The notes under the pieces: generated by a model | Told to the model about the DNA's origin: nothing | Seen by the model: only the letters and a program-made list of their open reading frames with translations | Database searches by the model: none | Translations under genes and position numbers: made by a program | Virus record (IMG/VR): IMGVR_UViG_3300045912_000789 | Span: 107,910 to 171,909 of that record | Direction: 5' to 3' (one strand) | DNA from: a virus | DNA: 64,000 bases | In this document: piece by piece, positions 27,239 through 36,688 of the stretch | How the letters are laid out: every line of letters begins with the position of its first letter | Position numbering within the stretch: position 1 is the first letter of the stretch

Positions 27239-27790
27239 TCAGACGATGATCTTGTCACCGAAATCCTGCTTCTCGAAGACCCCGTTCGACTTCTCGTCTT
27301 CGATCGCATCGGCGAGAGACCTACCGTCCTCCAGGAGGATCTCCTCGTTCTCCTCCTGCTCGCGCTTCTTCCTCAGCTTCTCCTGCTCTCGGATTCGACG
27401 ATCACGCTCCTCCTTCGGAACCGACGGTCGGGTGAAAGTCAGCAGCAGCTCGTTCTTCTCGCTGTCGGTGATGTCTCCGGGCAGCTTCGCCACGAGCTGC
27501 TGGAGGATGGCGTGCTGACGCTCGTCGTAGTGCTCGGGCCGACGCTGGGCGTCGAAGTAGATCTCCCTGATGTCCTGCGCGTACAGGTCGAGGAGGTTGG
27601 TGGGGCGGGTCTTGGTCGTGTCCGCAGTCGACTCGAACGCGCCGGCGTACTCCAGGAAGCTCTTGCCGGCCGCCTCCTGTGGCGCCGCTATGAGGGTGCG
27701 CAGAGCCTCGATCGGCTGGTGCCGAGGGAGGTGCTCCCGCATGAAGTCCTCGGGGGCGTGCGACGGCTCCGGAGCGGTGGTCTTACGCAT
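27239..27790 (-). CDS. hypothetical protein (start 27790 or 27742)
   Basis: Codon bias; charged C-terminus. Confidence 0.6.
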   Translation of the reverse strand: MRKTTAPEPSHAPEDFMREHLPRHQPIEALRTLIAAPQEAAGKSFLEYAGAFESTADTTKTRPTNLLDLYAQDIREIYFDAQRRPEHYDERQHAILQQLVAKLPGDITDSEKNELLLTFTRPSVPKEERDRRIREQEKLRKKREQEENEEILLEDGRSLADAIEDEKSNGVFEKQDFGDKIIV

Positions 27791-28472
27791 CGTCGACAGG
27801 GTAGCGCTCCATCGCTTCCGCCGGCAACGCGACCATGGAATCGCCGTTGTAGTTCTTCCAGAGCTTCGATCGATCCGCCCAGGCATCGCCGGGGCCCAGG
27901 CCCTGGCGCCACCGAGCGACCGTGAGGCCCGACTCTTCGAGGACGTGTTCGATCGCGTAGTAGTAGAGCAGCATCTCGATGGGCAGCAGACCGAAGGTGT
28001 CCTCCTCAGCCGTCCACACCCACTGCTTGTCCTTCTCCTCGGTGGCCACCGCGATGCGGTTGGCGGCTGCCGCGGCAGCCCCGGGGCTCAGGACGCCACC
28101 GCTGCGGCCGATGTGGCCCGTGATGCGGGCGTGTGCGAACGTCGCGACGATGACCGGGCCGTTGACGAGGAAGAGATCGGCCGAGGGGAACTCGGTGTTG
28201 TCCCGCATCCAGTGCCGTCTCGTCTTCAGGTGGTTCCGGTTCTTGAACATGTCGAAGATCGCACGCGATCTTTCCTTGTTCCAGTCCGGGGCCACGACCT
28301 GGATGATCTCCTTCGGCTCTCGAAGGCACCACATGCCGATCGTTCGGGCCCATCGTGGGCTCAGCGGTCGGGCGTGGCCGGTGAACCGGATGCGTTCTGC
28401 GGGATCGAGCCCGCGCTTCTTCAGCTCAGGGGACGGGCACATCAGCCAGTCCCACCACGGGATCACGTTCAT
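27783..28472 (-). CDS. hypothetical protein
   Basis: ATGA coupling to upstream gene; GGAG RBS. Confidence 0.65.
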   Translation of the reverse strand: MNVIPWWDWLMCPSPELKKRGLDPAERIRFTGHARPLSPRWARTIGMWCLREPKEIIQVVAPDWNKERSRAIFDMFKNRNHLKTRRHWMRDNTEFPSADLFLVNGPVIVATFAHARITGHIGRSGGVLSPGAAAAAANRIAVATEEKDKQWVWTAEEDTFGLLPIEMLLYYYAIEHVLEESGLTVARWRQGLGPGDAWADRSKLWKNYNGDSMVALPAEAMERYPVDDA

Positions 28473-29140
28473 GTCTTCTCCGATCTGCATCGAGTCGAGC
28501 AGTACTTCCCATACGCCGGATCGCACACGCGGGCACAGACCGCGCAGGGAACGCCCACGCGCTGGAGGTGCGCGGTCTCGACGGCGATGGCCATCTCGAC
28601 GTCGCGCTCGCGCAGGCCGAAGGCCTTGGCCAGGGCGTCCGGCGCGGTACCCTGCTCGAAGTGGAGGAAGAACAGCGCGCGGGCGAGCTGGTCGTAGTCG
28701 AGAGCGGTGCGCAGCACGTACTCCGGGAGATCCCACTGCCCCTTGAGCTGGCTTTGAGCGGCCTGGATCTCCGGGACGTAGCCGTCACCGAAGGCGTCCA
28801 CGGCCCAGGCGTCGGCCTCCCTGCGCCGCTCCCAGCCCTTCTTCCGCCTGATCCCCCGGGTCTTCCTCCACTCCATGACGGCGGTCACCGAGACGTTCGC
28901 TGCGCGCGCCAGCGCCTCGTCTGGCATCCCGGCGACAGCCTCCTCGTACCACCCGTCGAGATCCTTGAAGCTCTCGGTGTGGGTCTTCGGACGCGTCGGC
29001 TTGGGCTTCGAGGGCTTCCGCTTCGGACCACGGGCCAGCTCGCGCACCGAAGGCATCTTGAGCGCGGAGCGCTCGGCCTCGGTGATGATGCTGTCCAGCC
29101 GAGCCCGTACCGACCCCGGCAGGGTCGTGTCCTTCGGCAT
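28469..29140 (-). CDS. putative transcription regulator: two HTH-like motifs and C-terminal Zn finger
   Basis: DEALARAANVSVTAVMEWRK; PDALAKAFGLRERDVEMAI; CAVC...YCSTRC. Confidence 0.65.
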   Translation of the reverse strand: MPKDTTLPGSVRARLDSIITEAERSALKMPSVRELARGPKRKPSKPKPTRPKTHTESFKDLDGWYEEAVAGMPDEALARAANVSVTAVMEWRKTRGIRRKKGWERRREADAWAVDAFGDGYVPEIQAAQSQLKGQWDLPEYVLRTALDYDQLARALFFLHFEQGTAPDALAKAFGLRERDVEMAIAVETAHLQRVGVPCAVCARVCDPAYGKYCSTRCRSEKT

Positions 29141-29324
29141 ACTAACTCCTTACTCCTTGATGAGTTCGGGGACGATGGTGTATGTATTCTCTTCTAGGTG
29201 GGTCCGGCGTCAAGTACTAACTACTCACTCCTCACGCCCCACCTCTACCCCCTCCTTACCCTTCACCGATCGCTCTGGAGCTTCTTGTTCCTAGAATCCT
29301 TCAATCATGTTAGTAGTTAGTATG
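29138..29324. promoter_or_regulatory. AT-rich divergent control region with three TACTAACT repeats
   Basis: Copies at 29138-29147 (+), 29215-29225 (+), 29312-29324 (-). Confidence 0.55.
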
Positions 29325-29348
29325 CTCTGAGAGAAAGGAGACCGACCC

Positions 29349-29972
29349 ATGGGTGGTTCTACGATTGGCGGGGTCTTCAGGGCCAGGGGCGTCCTCAGCG
29401 CCGAGGCCCAGAAGCTCGTCCGCATGCACTGCGAGAGGGGGAACGCCCAGGCGATGATCGAGGCCGTCGCCGAGTTCCTGGTCTCCGACGGGATCGCTCG
29501 GGGACGGATCCCACCGAACGCCGGAGAGAAGAGGAAGGATCTCCTCGATCGCGCCGAGCAGGCCATGTACAAGGAAGCCGAGGAGTACCACTCGAAGGGA
29601 GGGGTCCTCGTCGCGAAGGGCTACGTCTCGATCACCGGGCTGGTCGCCGAGATGGCGAAGCACTGGCTTCGAGAGTTCTCGCCCCTGATCCCCACGGAGG
29701 TCAGCCTGAAGGGGACCCTCTCGGATCCGGAGGTCCAGGATCGACTGACCGTCGTCGCTCTGAAGCTGTCCGAGATCCTCGACGAGTACCGCGAGACGGT
29801 CGAGCACGAGAACGAGGCGGGGGAGGTGGTCTCGGAACAGAAGACCGGTACGCTCATGATCCCCCACGACAAGATCGAAGGCTTCTGCCGGCGAGCGGCG
29901 ATCGAGATGTTCCGTGCGTTCGAGGAGCCCAACAAGACCAACCACGAGATCATCCACAAGGAGAAGCGATGA
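29349..29972 (+). CDS. hypothetical protein
   Basis: AAAGGAG RBS. Confidence 0.7.
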   Translation: MGGSTIGGVFRARGVLSAEAQKLVRMHCERGNAQAMIEAVAEFLVSDGIARGRIPPNAGEKRKDLLDRAEQAMYKEAEEYHSKGGVLVAKGYVSITGLVAEMAKHWLREFSPLIPTEVSLKGTLSDPEVQDRLTVVALKLSEILDEYRETVEHENEAGEVVSEQKTGTLMIPHDKIEGFCRRAAIEMFRAFEEPNKTNHEIIHKEKR

Positions 29973-30556
29973 CGTACAGCGACCTCTACTGGAACACGAC
30001 GCCGTTCCTCAGCATCGACACCGAGACCACGGGCTTCGGACGCGACGACCGCATCTGCGAGATTGCCATCGTCGTGGCTCAAGGAACGCGGGTGCTCGAC
30101 GTGTTCCACACCCTCGTGGATCCCGAGCGGTGGATCTCCGAGGGCGCACAGGCTGTGCATGGCATCAAGAACGAGGACGTCGAGGGCAAGCCGAAGTTCC
30201 ACGAGATCAAGGACAAGGTGCTCAGCTACCTCCGGCGGGACATGCCGTGGGTGGCGCATCAGCTCAGCTTCGACGCCCGCATGCTCTCCTACGTGATCCC
30301 GCCGGAGGAGTGGCCGCACGGGGTGCCCACGCTGTGCTCGATGGAGTACGCGAAGAAGCACCACCCCTCGCTGAAGCTGCGCCGCGGCCACAAGCTGCTC
30401 GACGTCGCCGGCGCGCTCCAGATCAACTACGACCCCGCGGCAGCGCACAACGCCCTCAACGACGCCGAGATCCTCGCCCGCATCGTCCCCGAGATGATGC
30501 GCGACCGTCTGATCTCGCAGCATTACACGAAGCTCAGCCACGAGTGGCTGAAGTAG
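29969..30556 (+). CDS. DEDDh 3'-5' exonuclease (DnaQ-like)
   Basis: IDTETTG, AHQLSFD, AHNALNDA. Confidence 0.92.
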   Translation: MTYSDLYWNTTPFLSIDTETTGFGRDDRICEIAIVVAQGTRVLDVFHTLVDPERWISEGAQAVHGIKNEDVEGKPKFHEIKDKVLSYLRRDMPWVAHQLSFDARMLSYVIPPEEWPHGVPTLCSMEYAKKHHPSLKLRRGHKLLDVAGALQINYDPAAAHNALNDAEILARIVPEMMRDRLISQHYTKLSHEWLK

Positions 30557-30570
30557 AGCAAGAGATCGAG

Positions 30571-30597
30571 CTGACGGGGCCCTCGCAGGCCCCGCAG
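30571..30597. terminator. hairpin between convergent genes
   Basis: CGGGGCC-CTCGCA-GGCCCCG. Confidence 0.55.
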
Positions 30598-30601
30598 TCG
30601 A

Positions 30602-30871
30602 TCAGTTCAGGAACGGAACGTCCTCGTAGGCGTCGAGCGCCTCGCGCAGCGCCTTCAGGTTCTCGTAGGTCGGCTGGGCCTGGAGGATCATGAACGCGGC
30701 CACGCACGAGGAGTGGCTGTCGACCCGATCCGGCCCAGGCACGGCCTCCATCACCGCCTTCATGCGGTTCACCTGCTCGACGCAGAGCACGACGAACGGG
30801 TTCGGCGCGGACTTACCGGCCTCTGCCTCCACCAGCTCAGCCAGTGTCGGGGTTCGCTTCGTCCTCGGCAT
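30602..30871 (-). CDS. hypothetical protein
   Basis: ORF in minus-strand run. Confidence 0.55.
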   Translation of the reverse strand: MPRTKRTPTLAELVEAEAGKSAPNPFVVLCVEQVNRMKAVMEAVPGPDRVDSHSSCVAAFMILQAQPTYENLKALREALDAYEDVPFLN

Positions 30872-31109
30872 AGAGCTTCCTCGACTCCATGAAGTACCAC
30901 CCCCAGACGTCCTCGTTCCAGTAGCGCTTCTCCAGCCGGCGTCGCTTCAGGTACTTCTCCTCGTCCTTCTGGAAGGACTTGAAGAGGTCCACTAGTTCGC
31001 GATCGCCCGCCTTGTATGCCTGCTGGACGAGCTTCTTGTAGCTCGCGACCCGAGCCTCCGATGCAGCGATGAACTTGGAGAGCTGCTTTCCCCAGTCGAC
31101 TTCTGTCAC
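30837..31109 (-). CDS. hypothetical protein
   Basis: GTGA coupling. Confidence 0.55.
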   Translation of the reverse strand: MTEVDWGKQLSKFIAASEARVASYKKLVQQAYKAGDRELVDLFKSFQKDEEKYLKRRRLEKRYWNEDVWGWYFMESRKLYAEDEANPDTG

Positions 31110-31357
31110 TTCGAGATCTCACCGGTGTCGAGGTCGACGTAGCCGACGAAGCGGTACCTCCAGCCGAGCCCGTGCTCGGTGTCCTTCGGGTACTGCTCCG
31201 GCGGCTCGTTGAACGTGCAGCCCTCGCCGACGTGGAGGAACTGCATGTGCCCCATGTTCGCGCTGTCGAGCGCCTGGTTCTGGTAGGCGGCCCAGCGAGT
31301 GCCCTCGCGAGACCGCGACTTCATGATCTCCAGGACCTCGGGGTCGGGCTTGTCCAT
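31106..31357 (-). CDS. hypothetical protein
   Basis: TGATG coupling. Confidence 0.6.
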   Translation of the reverse strand: MDKPDPEVLEIMKSRSREGTRWAAYQNQALDSANMGHMQFLHVGEGCTFNEPPEQYPKDTEHGLGWRYRFVGYVDLDTGEISK

Positions 31358-32076
31358 CAGCGCTTCCCCTTGAAGATGTCGTGCGCCGGATCGACGACGT
31401 TGTCGCGGTTGATGTAGTGGGGATCGACCGGCCGGAACATCACCTCCTCCATCCCGAGCAGCGCCGCGGTGTGGACGGTCGCCTCCTCGAAGCTGAAGGG
31501 TCGGCCGAGGTTCTCGCCGTTCGAGTAGAGATCGGGAGCGAGGTCATAGATGTACGGCGCGAGCAGCTTGTTCGTGTCGTAGCCGACGAACGGAGCCTTC
31601 GCCTCGTCCAGGATCAGCGGCCACTCCTGGTTCGACTCGCGGAAGGTGATCTTGCGGAGCACGCGCTCCGGCATCCACGCCGCGCTGTCGGGGTACAGCC
31701 CGTGGGGGAAGGCGTGGCAGTACAGCATGGGCTTGCGGTACTTCGACGGCGCGAAGCCGTGCTGGTCGAGCTTGGTGATCGCGTGGTCGATGCCACGGAG
31801 ACCCGGCTCGGTCTGGACGAGCATCATCAGCTCGTGCTGCCACTGGCTGATGATGAAGCGGACCTGCCAGAGCCGCGGGACGAGGCGGCGGGTGTTGCGG
31901 ACGTAGGGCGGGACCTCGGTGAGGTAGGCGAGATCGCCCGGCTTGAACGTCGTCTGCGGAGCGTGCTCCATCATGGCGACGAGCATCTCCTCGTCGGCGA
32001 GGGTGAGCGAGCGGGGATCGATGATGGTGATGGGGAGATCGGCATTCCTCCCCGTGTTCGGCAGGAAGATCGTCAT
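31357..32076 (-). CDS. hypothetical protein
   Basis: GGAGG RBS. Confidence 0.7.
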   Translation of the reverse strand: MTIFLPNTGRNADLPITIIDPRSLTLADEEMLVAMMEHAPQTTFKPGDLAYLTEVPPYVRNTRRLVPRLWQVRFIISQWQHELMMLVQTEPGLRGIDHAITKLDQHGFAPSKYRKPMLYCHAFPHGLYPDSAAWMPERVLRKITFRESNQEWPLILDEAKAPFVGYDTNKLLAPYIYDLAPDLYSNGENLGRPFSFEEATVHTAALLGMEEVMFRPVDPHYINRDNVVDPAHDIFKGKR

Positions 32077-32090
32077 GGTGCCTCCAAGGT

Positions 32091-32108
32091 CTTATAGCCG
32101 CGTATCAG
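32091..32108. promoter_or_regulatory. back-to-back CTATAAG (-, 32091-32097) and GTATCAG (+, 32102-32108)
   Basis: Both in a 47-nt divergent spacer; each followed by TTGGAGGCACC and a start codon. Confidence 0.7.
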
Positions 32109-32123
32109 CGTTTGGAGGCACCT

Positions 32124-32516
32124 ATGTCGAGCGATCATCTCACGGTGAGCAAGGACGGAGAGGTCTTCGTCCTCCGCTCGTCCGACATCGACGTCAAGCA
32201 GGCCATCTTCTCCTGGGGCAGCTTCGGAACGGGCTTGCGCATCAAGGAGCACCCGGAGTACTACGGGCAGGATGTCGATCCCCGTAGCCCTCCTCCCGGC
32301 ACCGTTCTGCGCGGTGAGGCGGCCCAGAAGTGGGCCACCGAGAACACCGACGATCATCTCTGGGAGTGGAGGCTGACGCGCGAGAGCGTCGAGGACCTGA
32401 TGGGCATGATCGCCGGGTCTCTGGCGCCCGAGAGCCCGTACAGGATGGCGGTCGAAGAGGTCAAGGCGAGCGAGCACATCATCGAGGTGCTCAAGAAGGC
32501 AACGGAGGACACGTGA
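32124..32516 (+). CDS. hypothetical protein
   Basis: GGAGG RBS. Confidence 0.65.
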   Translation: MSSDHLTVSKDGEVFVLRSSDIDVKQAIFSWGSFGTGLRIKEHPEYYGQDVDPRSPPPGTVLRGEAAQKWATENTDDHLWEWRLTRESVEDLMGMIAGSLAPESPYRMAVEEVKASEHIIEVLKKATEDT

Positions 32517-32836
32517 GCAAGGACATGCGCAAGAAGTGCCTGAAGTGCGATCAGGCGGAGCTGTACGCGAAGGTGGTGATCACGAAGATGGTCCCGCTCG
32601 CCGACCGCAACGGCACCCTCAAGATCGGCGGCCAGAAGCTCGGCCAGGCGGATCTGAAGTTCGCCTGGGACAACATCGGCGGCGAGAACGGGGTCGAGCA
32701 GAAGATCCGCGGGCCGATCATCTGCGGCAACTGCGAGACCGAGCACTTCTACGTCGTCGGCGACAAGAACCCGCTGCGTGTGGGCAGCACGCAGGAGGCG
32801 CGCGAACTCGGGTACGAGGAGCTGCGCACGAAGTGA
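32513..32836 (+). CDS. Zn-ribbon hypothetical protein
   Basis: CLKC...CGNC; GGAGG RBS. Confidence 0.65.
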   Translation: MSKDMRKKCLKCDQAELYAKVVITKMVPLADRNGTLKIGGQKLGQADLKFAWDNIGGENGVEQKIRGPIICGNCETEHFYVVGDKNPLRVGSTQEARELGYEELRTK

Positions 32837-33855
32837 GCGACTTCTTCCACACGAGGGGCAAGCCTCCCAAGGGCATCAGCTTCAGCCCGGGCATGACCGA
32901 GGCTCAGAAGCTGGCCCACGTGATGCGCGTCCTGGAAGCCTCCGGGTGGAAGATGTTCCATCCGATGGCGGAGCACGTGATCTTGAGCGTGGCGCTCAGG
33001 AAGGACACGTTCATCCAGGCGGACGTCGCCGACGTCATCGAACCGCATCCGCTGTGGGGCCAGGCCGCCAAGGACTACTTCAACAAGATCGTGACCCAGG
33101 GCTCCGAGATGAAGTCCTGGACCCAGGGCGCAATCGCTCCGGTCATGAACAAGCTCAAGAGGAAGGGCGTGCTGCTGAGCCTCGGCACCACGAAAGAGCG
33201 CCGCTCGCAGGGCGGATACACTACCCTCTGGAAGCTGAATCCCGAGCACAGGCAACGAATCACCGAAGAACGCAAGGAGGAGAAGATGGCAGCGAAGAAG
33301 AAGACCGAGCAGAAGAGCGACGACCCCCGCGCCTGGCACAAGAAGGCGATGTCGGTCTTCATGGAGCAGGTGGGCGACGGCAAGGGCCTCGACGGCTACA
33401 CGTTCGCCGAGATCCGCAAGATCATGGGCCTCGCCGACCCGAAGGAGCCCGGCTACAACGAGGTCGCCCTGGCGATCACGGAGCTGCGCAATGAGGGCTT
33501 CCTCGCCCACAAGTTCGCGCACCCCTCGCTGAAGGAGGACTTCTTCGAGGGCGATCCGCTCACCGACATCCCGAACATCCAGAAGCGCGAGAACGAGCAG
33601 AAGCTCAAGCAGCTCGTCTTCTTCGTGCACCCGGCGGCGCTCGCGCTCGGCGACGACGTGCTCGCAGCGGTCGAGGCGGGGGAGTACCCCGAGGACCACG
33701 AGTACGACACGAACTCGACGGTCTTCGATCGTGACCAGGTCTACGCCTGGTTCGACGGCCTCGGCGAGATCATCGACCTCTACGTGACCGACGAGGAGCA
33801 GAAGGCCACCAGCGCCAAGCTCATCGCGGCCCTGATGCCGGCCAAGTCGGAGTGA
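32833..33855 (+). CDS. protein with two winged-helix-like segments; possible internal start at 33286
   Basis: IAPVMNKLKRKGVL and YTFAEIRKIMG...AITELRNEGFL. Confidence 0.55.
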   Translation: MSDFFHTRGKPPKGISFSPGMTEAQKLAHVMRVLEASGWKMFHPMAEHVILSVALRKDTFIQADVADVIEPHPLWGQAAKDYFNKIVTQGSEMKSWTQGAIAPVMNKLKRKGVLLSLGTTKERRSQGGYTTLWKLNPEHRQRITEERKEEKMAAKKKTEQKSDDPRAWHKKAMSVFMEQVGDGKGLDGYTFAEIRKIMGLADPKEPGYNEVALAITELRNEGFLAHKFAHPSLKEDFFEGDPLTDIPNIQKRENEQKLKQLVFFVHPAALALGDDVLAAVEAGEYPEDHEYDTNSTVFDRDQVYAWFDGLGEIIDLYVTDEEQKATSAKLIAALMPAKSE

Positions 33856-33878
33856 TCACCAACCGAGTCTCGCTCGGT

Positions 33879-33929
33879 AACGCATGCGGGCTGCATGAGA
33901 GTGATCTCTCGTGACAGCCCGCGCGTGTT
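33879..33929 (+). other. long (about 23 bp) leader hairpin upstream of ndk
   Basis: AACGCATGCGGGCTGCATGAGAG-TGAT-CTCTCGTGACAGCCCGCGCGTGTT. Confidence 0.6.
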
Positions 33930-33955
33930 TTGGGCACAAAGGAGAAGCTCAAGTG

Positions 33956-34483
33956 ATGCAGACGACCCTGGCGCTCATCAAGCCCGACGCCATGAAGAAC
34001 GGGCACATGATCGACATCCTGAAGTTCGCGACCGACTACGGTCTCGTCATCGCCGACATGATGAAGGGCACGTGGAACCGGACGCTGCTCGCGCAGTTCT
34101 ACGTCGAGCATTAGGAGCGCGACTTCTTCGTCGACCTGCTCGACTTCATGTCGTCCGGGCCGATGGTCGCGATGACCCTCGTCGGCGACAACGCGGTCGA
34201 GAGGTGGCGCTTCCTCATGGGCGCGACCGACCCGAAGAAGGCCGCCCCCGGTACCATCCGGAACCTCTGGGGCTCGAAGACCGGTCCGATCATGTGGAAC
34301 TGCGTCCACGGATCGGACAGCCAGGACAGCGCCACCCGCGAGATCGAGATCATCCGTATCGCCACGATGCCTCGAAGAGAGCGCTACGGCCGGATCAGCG
34401 GGTTCGGGGACGAGGCGATGCACCTCCTCAAGAAGCAAGAGGAGATCCGCACGAGGGAACGTGATCGAACTCCGGAAGGGTGA
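33956..34483 (+). CDS. ndk: nucleoside diphosphate kinase interrupted by in-frame TAG at 34112-34114
   Basis: TLALIKPDA...FYVEH*ERDFF..L.DFMSSGP...MGATDP..AAPGTIR...NCVHGSDS all in one frame. Confidence 0.9.
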
Positions 34484-34895
34484 CCTCTTCTCCTCGGGCG
34501 CTGACGCTCTGGTGAACCCGGTGAACTGTGTCGGCGTCTCGGGGAAGGGTCTGGCGAAGGAGTTCGCCAAGCGCTTCAAGGCAGGCGATCGAATGTACCG
34601 CAACGCCTGCATGAGCGGCGAGCTGACCATCGGCTCGGTCGTGATCTGGCGTGGCGAGCCGAGCGTCATCTACCTGCCGACGAAGGACCACTGGCGGAAC
34701 CCGTCGACCATCAGCTACGTGAAGCGTGGGCTCGCCGCTCTGCGGCCGGAGCTGATGGTCGGCGCCTTCGCCAGCGTGGCCATCCCGGCGCTCGGATGCG
34801 GCAACGGCGGACTCCTCTGGGAAGACGTCAGGCCGCTCATCGAGAAGGCGCTGGGTGATCTCGACATCCGGGTGCTTCTCTACGAGCCGGTGTAG
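34461..34895 (+). CDS. macrodomain ADP-ribose hydrolase (DarG/Poa1p-like)
   Basis: GDLF..ADALVNPVNCVGVSGKGLA..F; PTKDHWR; AIPALGCGNGGL.W. Confidence 0.9.
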   Translation: MIELRKGDLFSSGADALVNPVNCVGVSGKGLAKEFAKRFKAGDRMYRNACMSGELTIGSVVIWRGEPSVIYLPTKDHWRNPSTISYVKRGLAALRPELMVGAFASVAIPALGCGNGGLLWEDVRPLIEKALGDLDIRVLLYEPV

Positions 34896-34904
34896 ACTCG
34901 GAGC

Positions 34905-35273
34905 ATGGCCAACGTCACGCTCACCCGCCCGCAGTACGACGCTCTCCGCACCGCCGCGCTCGCCGGCGATACCGCGGAGGTGTCGCGCATCCTCGACATC
35001 GTCGACAAGGCGAACTCGATCAAGCGCTACTTCCTCTACATCCGCTGGCAGGACGTCGGCGGGACTCCGCCGCCCCGCATCGAGCTGGGCAAGGGGTGGC
35101 CCCAGAACCGGACCTACAAGCTGGAGATGGACCGCCCGATCGCCCGCGAGGACGTGAACAGCGTCCTCTCGCAGAAGGCACAGAACCCCACGGCCGTGAT
35201 GGTCACCCCGGATCGCGCCGGCAACGTGGGGTGGACGCTCATCAACGACTACAACTTCTCGATCGGAACATGA
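34905..35273 (+). CDS. hypothetical protein
   Basis: Strong codon bias. Confidence 0.65.
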   Translation: MANVTLTRPQYDALRTAALAGDTAEVSRILDIVDKANSIKRYFLYIRWQDVGGTPPPRIELGKGWPQNRTYKLEMDRPIAREDVNSVLSQKAQNPTAVMVTPDRAGNVGWTLINDYNFSIGT

Positions 35274-35560
35274 ACATCATCTCGGAAGCTCTACGCAACT
35301 TGGTGACCTGGACGCAGGCCCCCGACCCCGACACGCTCGCGCCGCTGCTCGCGGCGATGACCGATGGCGATCTTATGCTCGCCATGACCCACATGAAGAA
35401 CGACCCCGCGGGCCGGATCGCCTGGGCCGAGTACGGCCGGCGTCATGGCTACGTCGATTTCCAGATCAGCGCCGTCGTGTCGGAGGGCCGACTGACCGTC
35501 CGCTTCGAGGGCGACGCCAAGCCCGTCCATCACGGCGCGATCTTCGAGGTGAAGGCGTGA
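35270..35560 (+). CDS. hypothetical protein
   Basis: ATGA coupling. Confidence 0.55.
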   Translation: MNIISEALRNLVTWTQAPDPDTLAPLLAAMTDGDLMLAMTHMKNDPAGRIAWAEYGRRHGYVDFQISAVVSEGRLTVRFEGDAKPVHHGAIFEVKA

Positions 35561-36033
35561 CGCAGAACATCGGAGGTGCTCTGCTGCGTGTGCTGGGGGC
35601 GGCGGAGCGCGGCAAGGACGAACCGAACCCGGCGTCGACCTCGGACGCGTTCGACATCATCGACGCGATCCTCTCCTCGAAGGAGTTCCGGTCCAGGTGC
35701 CACGCCCTCTCGAACCTCTCCTCCGAGGTTTCGGTCCAGGCACGCAAGGAGACCTGCCGCTCGCTGCTCATCCTCATGACGAGCAAGCGAGACCCGCTCG
35801 AAGAGCCGCCCACGAAGGACGGCAAGACGGACTTCACCGTCTACGTCAACACGACGCAGGAGTACTGCTCGCTCGCGGCCCCGCGCCCGAACACCAGGTG
35901 GTCGGCGCACATCGAGGCGAAGTACAAGAAGTCGGCGGCTCCGGAGTGGGTGCGCGTCTCGCCGCATCTAGCGGAGATGATCAGCGCGTTCGAGGCCCTC
36001 TTCGGGATCCGTGGAAGCCTGCTGGTCGGGTGA
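35557..36033 (+). CDS. hypothetical protein
   Basis: GTGA coupling. Confidence 0.6.
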   Translation: MTQNIGGALLRVLGAAERGKDEPNPASTSDAFDIIDAILSSKEFRSRCHALSNLSSEVSVQARKETCRSLLILMTSKRDPLEEPPTKDGKTDFTVYVNTTQEYCSLAAPRPNTRWSAHIEAKYKKSAAPEWVRVSPHLAEMISAFEALFGIRGSLLVG

Positions 36034-36042
36034 TCGAATCAC

Positions 36043-36049
36043 CTATCAG
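36043..36049 (+). promoter_or_regulatory. CTATNAG element (CTATCAG)
   Basis: Upstream of 36071. Confidence 0.65.
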
Positions 36050-36070
36050 CAGACACACGGAGGTGCTCAT

Positions 36071-36688
36071 ATGAGCAACGAACACACGAACACCGAATCG
36101 AACCCCAGCAACGACCAGCAGAACCGGCGGCACCGGAAGCGGAATCGCCGGCCCCGCACGATGCGGTGGTTCCACGAGAGCAACGTGGGCCCCGACCACG
36201 GCATCGCGAACACGGTCGCGAAGTTCTTCATCAGCACCAGCGACAACCCCGAGATCTTCCTCGTGCTGATGAACCGCGAGGACGTCATCCGCGAGGACGG
36301 CACCGTCGGGCTCAAGCCCATCTACGCCGGTGACATCGAGCGGAACGCGGTCCCGATCTCGATGATCGACCTCGACCAGCTCTACAACACGCTCGTGACG
36401 ATGAAGTCGCGGCTGGAGCGGATGAAGGACGATTATCGTGCCCGGGGCAGCCGCACGGCCGTCGAGGCCGGCGTGGCGATCGAGAAGGCGGTCCTGGAGG
36501 CCTTCAACGAGAAGCCCCTCCAGCCGAAGCGTTCGCAGCAGCCCGTGCAGCCGCTGACGCATCGGATGGCCATCCCGAAGAAGCTGGTCGCCGGCGTGCA
36601 GCAGCACGCGCCGGCGCCGCCCGAGCCCATGCAGCAGCCCTCGCCGAGCCCCACCACGGACCTCGCGAGCATGCTGCCGGGCTGGTAG
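36071..36688 (+). CDS. hypothetical protein with Arg-rich N-terminal motif
   Basis: GGAGGT RBS; NRRHRKRNRRPR. Confidence 0.7.
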   Translation: MSNEHTNTESNPSNDQQNRRHRKRNRRPRTMRWFHESNVGPDHGIANTVAKFFISTSDNPEIFLVLMNREDVIREDGTVGLKPIYAGDIERNAVPISMIDLDQLYNTLVTMKSRLERMKDDYRARGSRTAVEAGVAIEKAVLEAFNEKPLQPKRSQQPVQPLTHRMAIPKKLVAGVQQHAPAPPEPMQQPSPSPTTDLASMLPGW

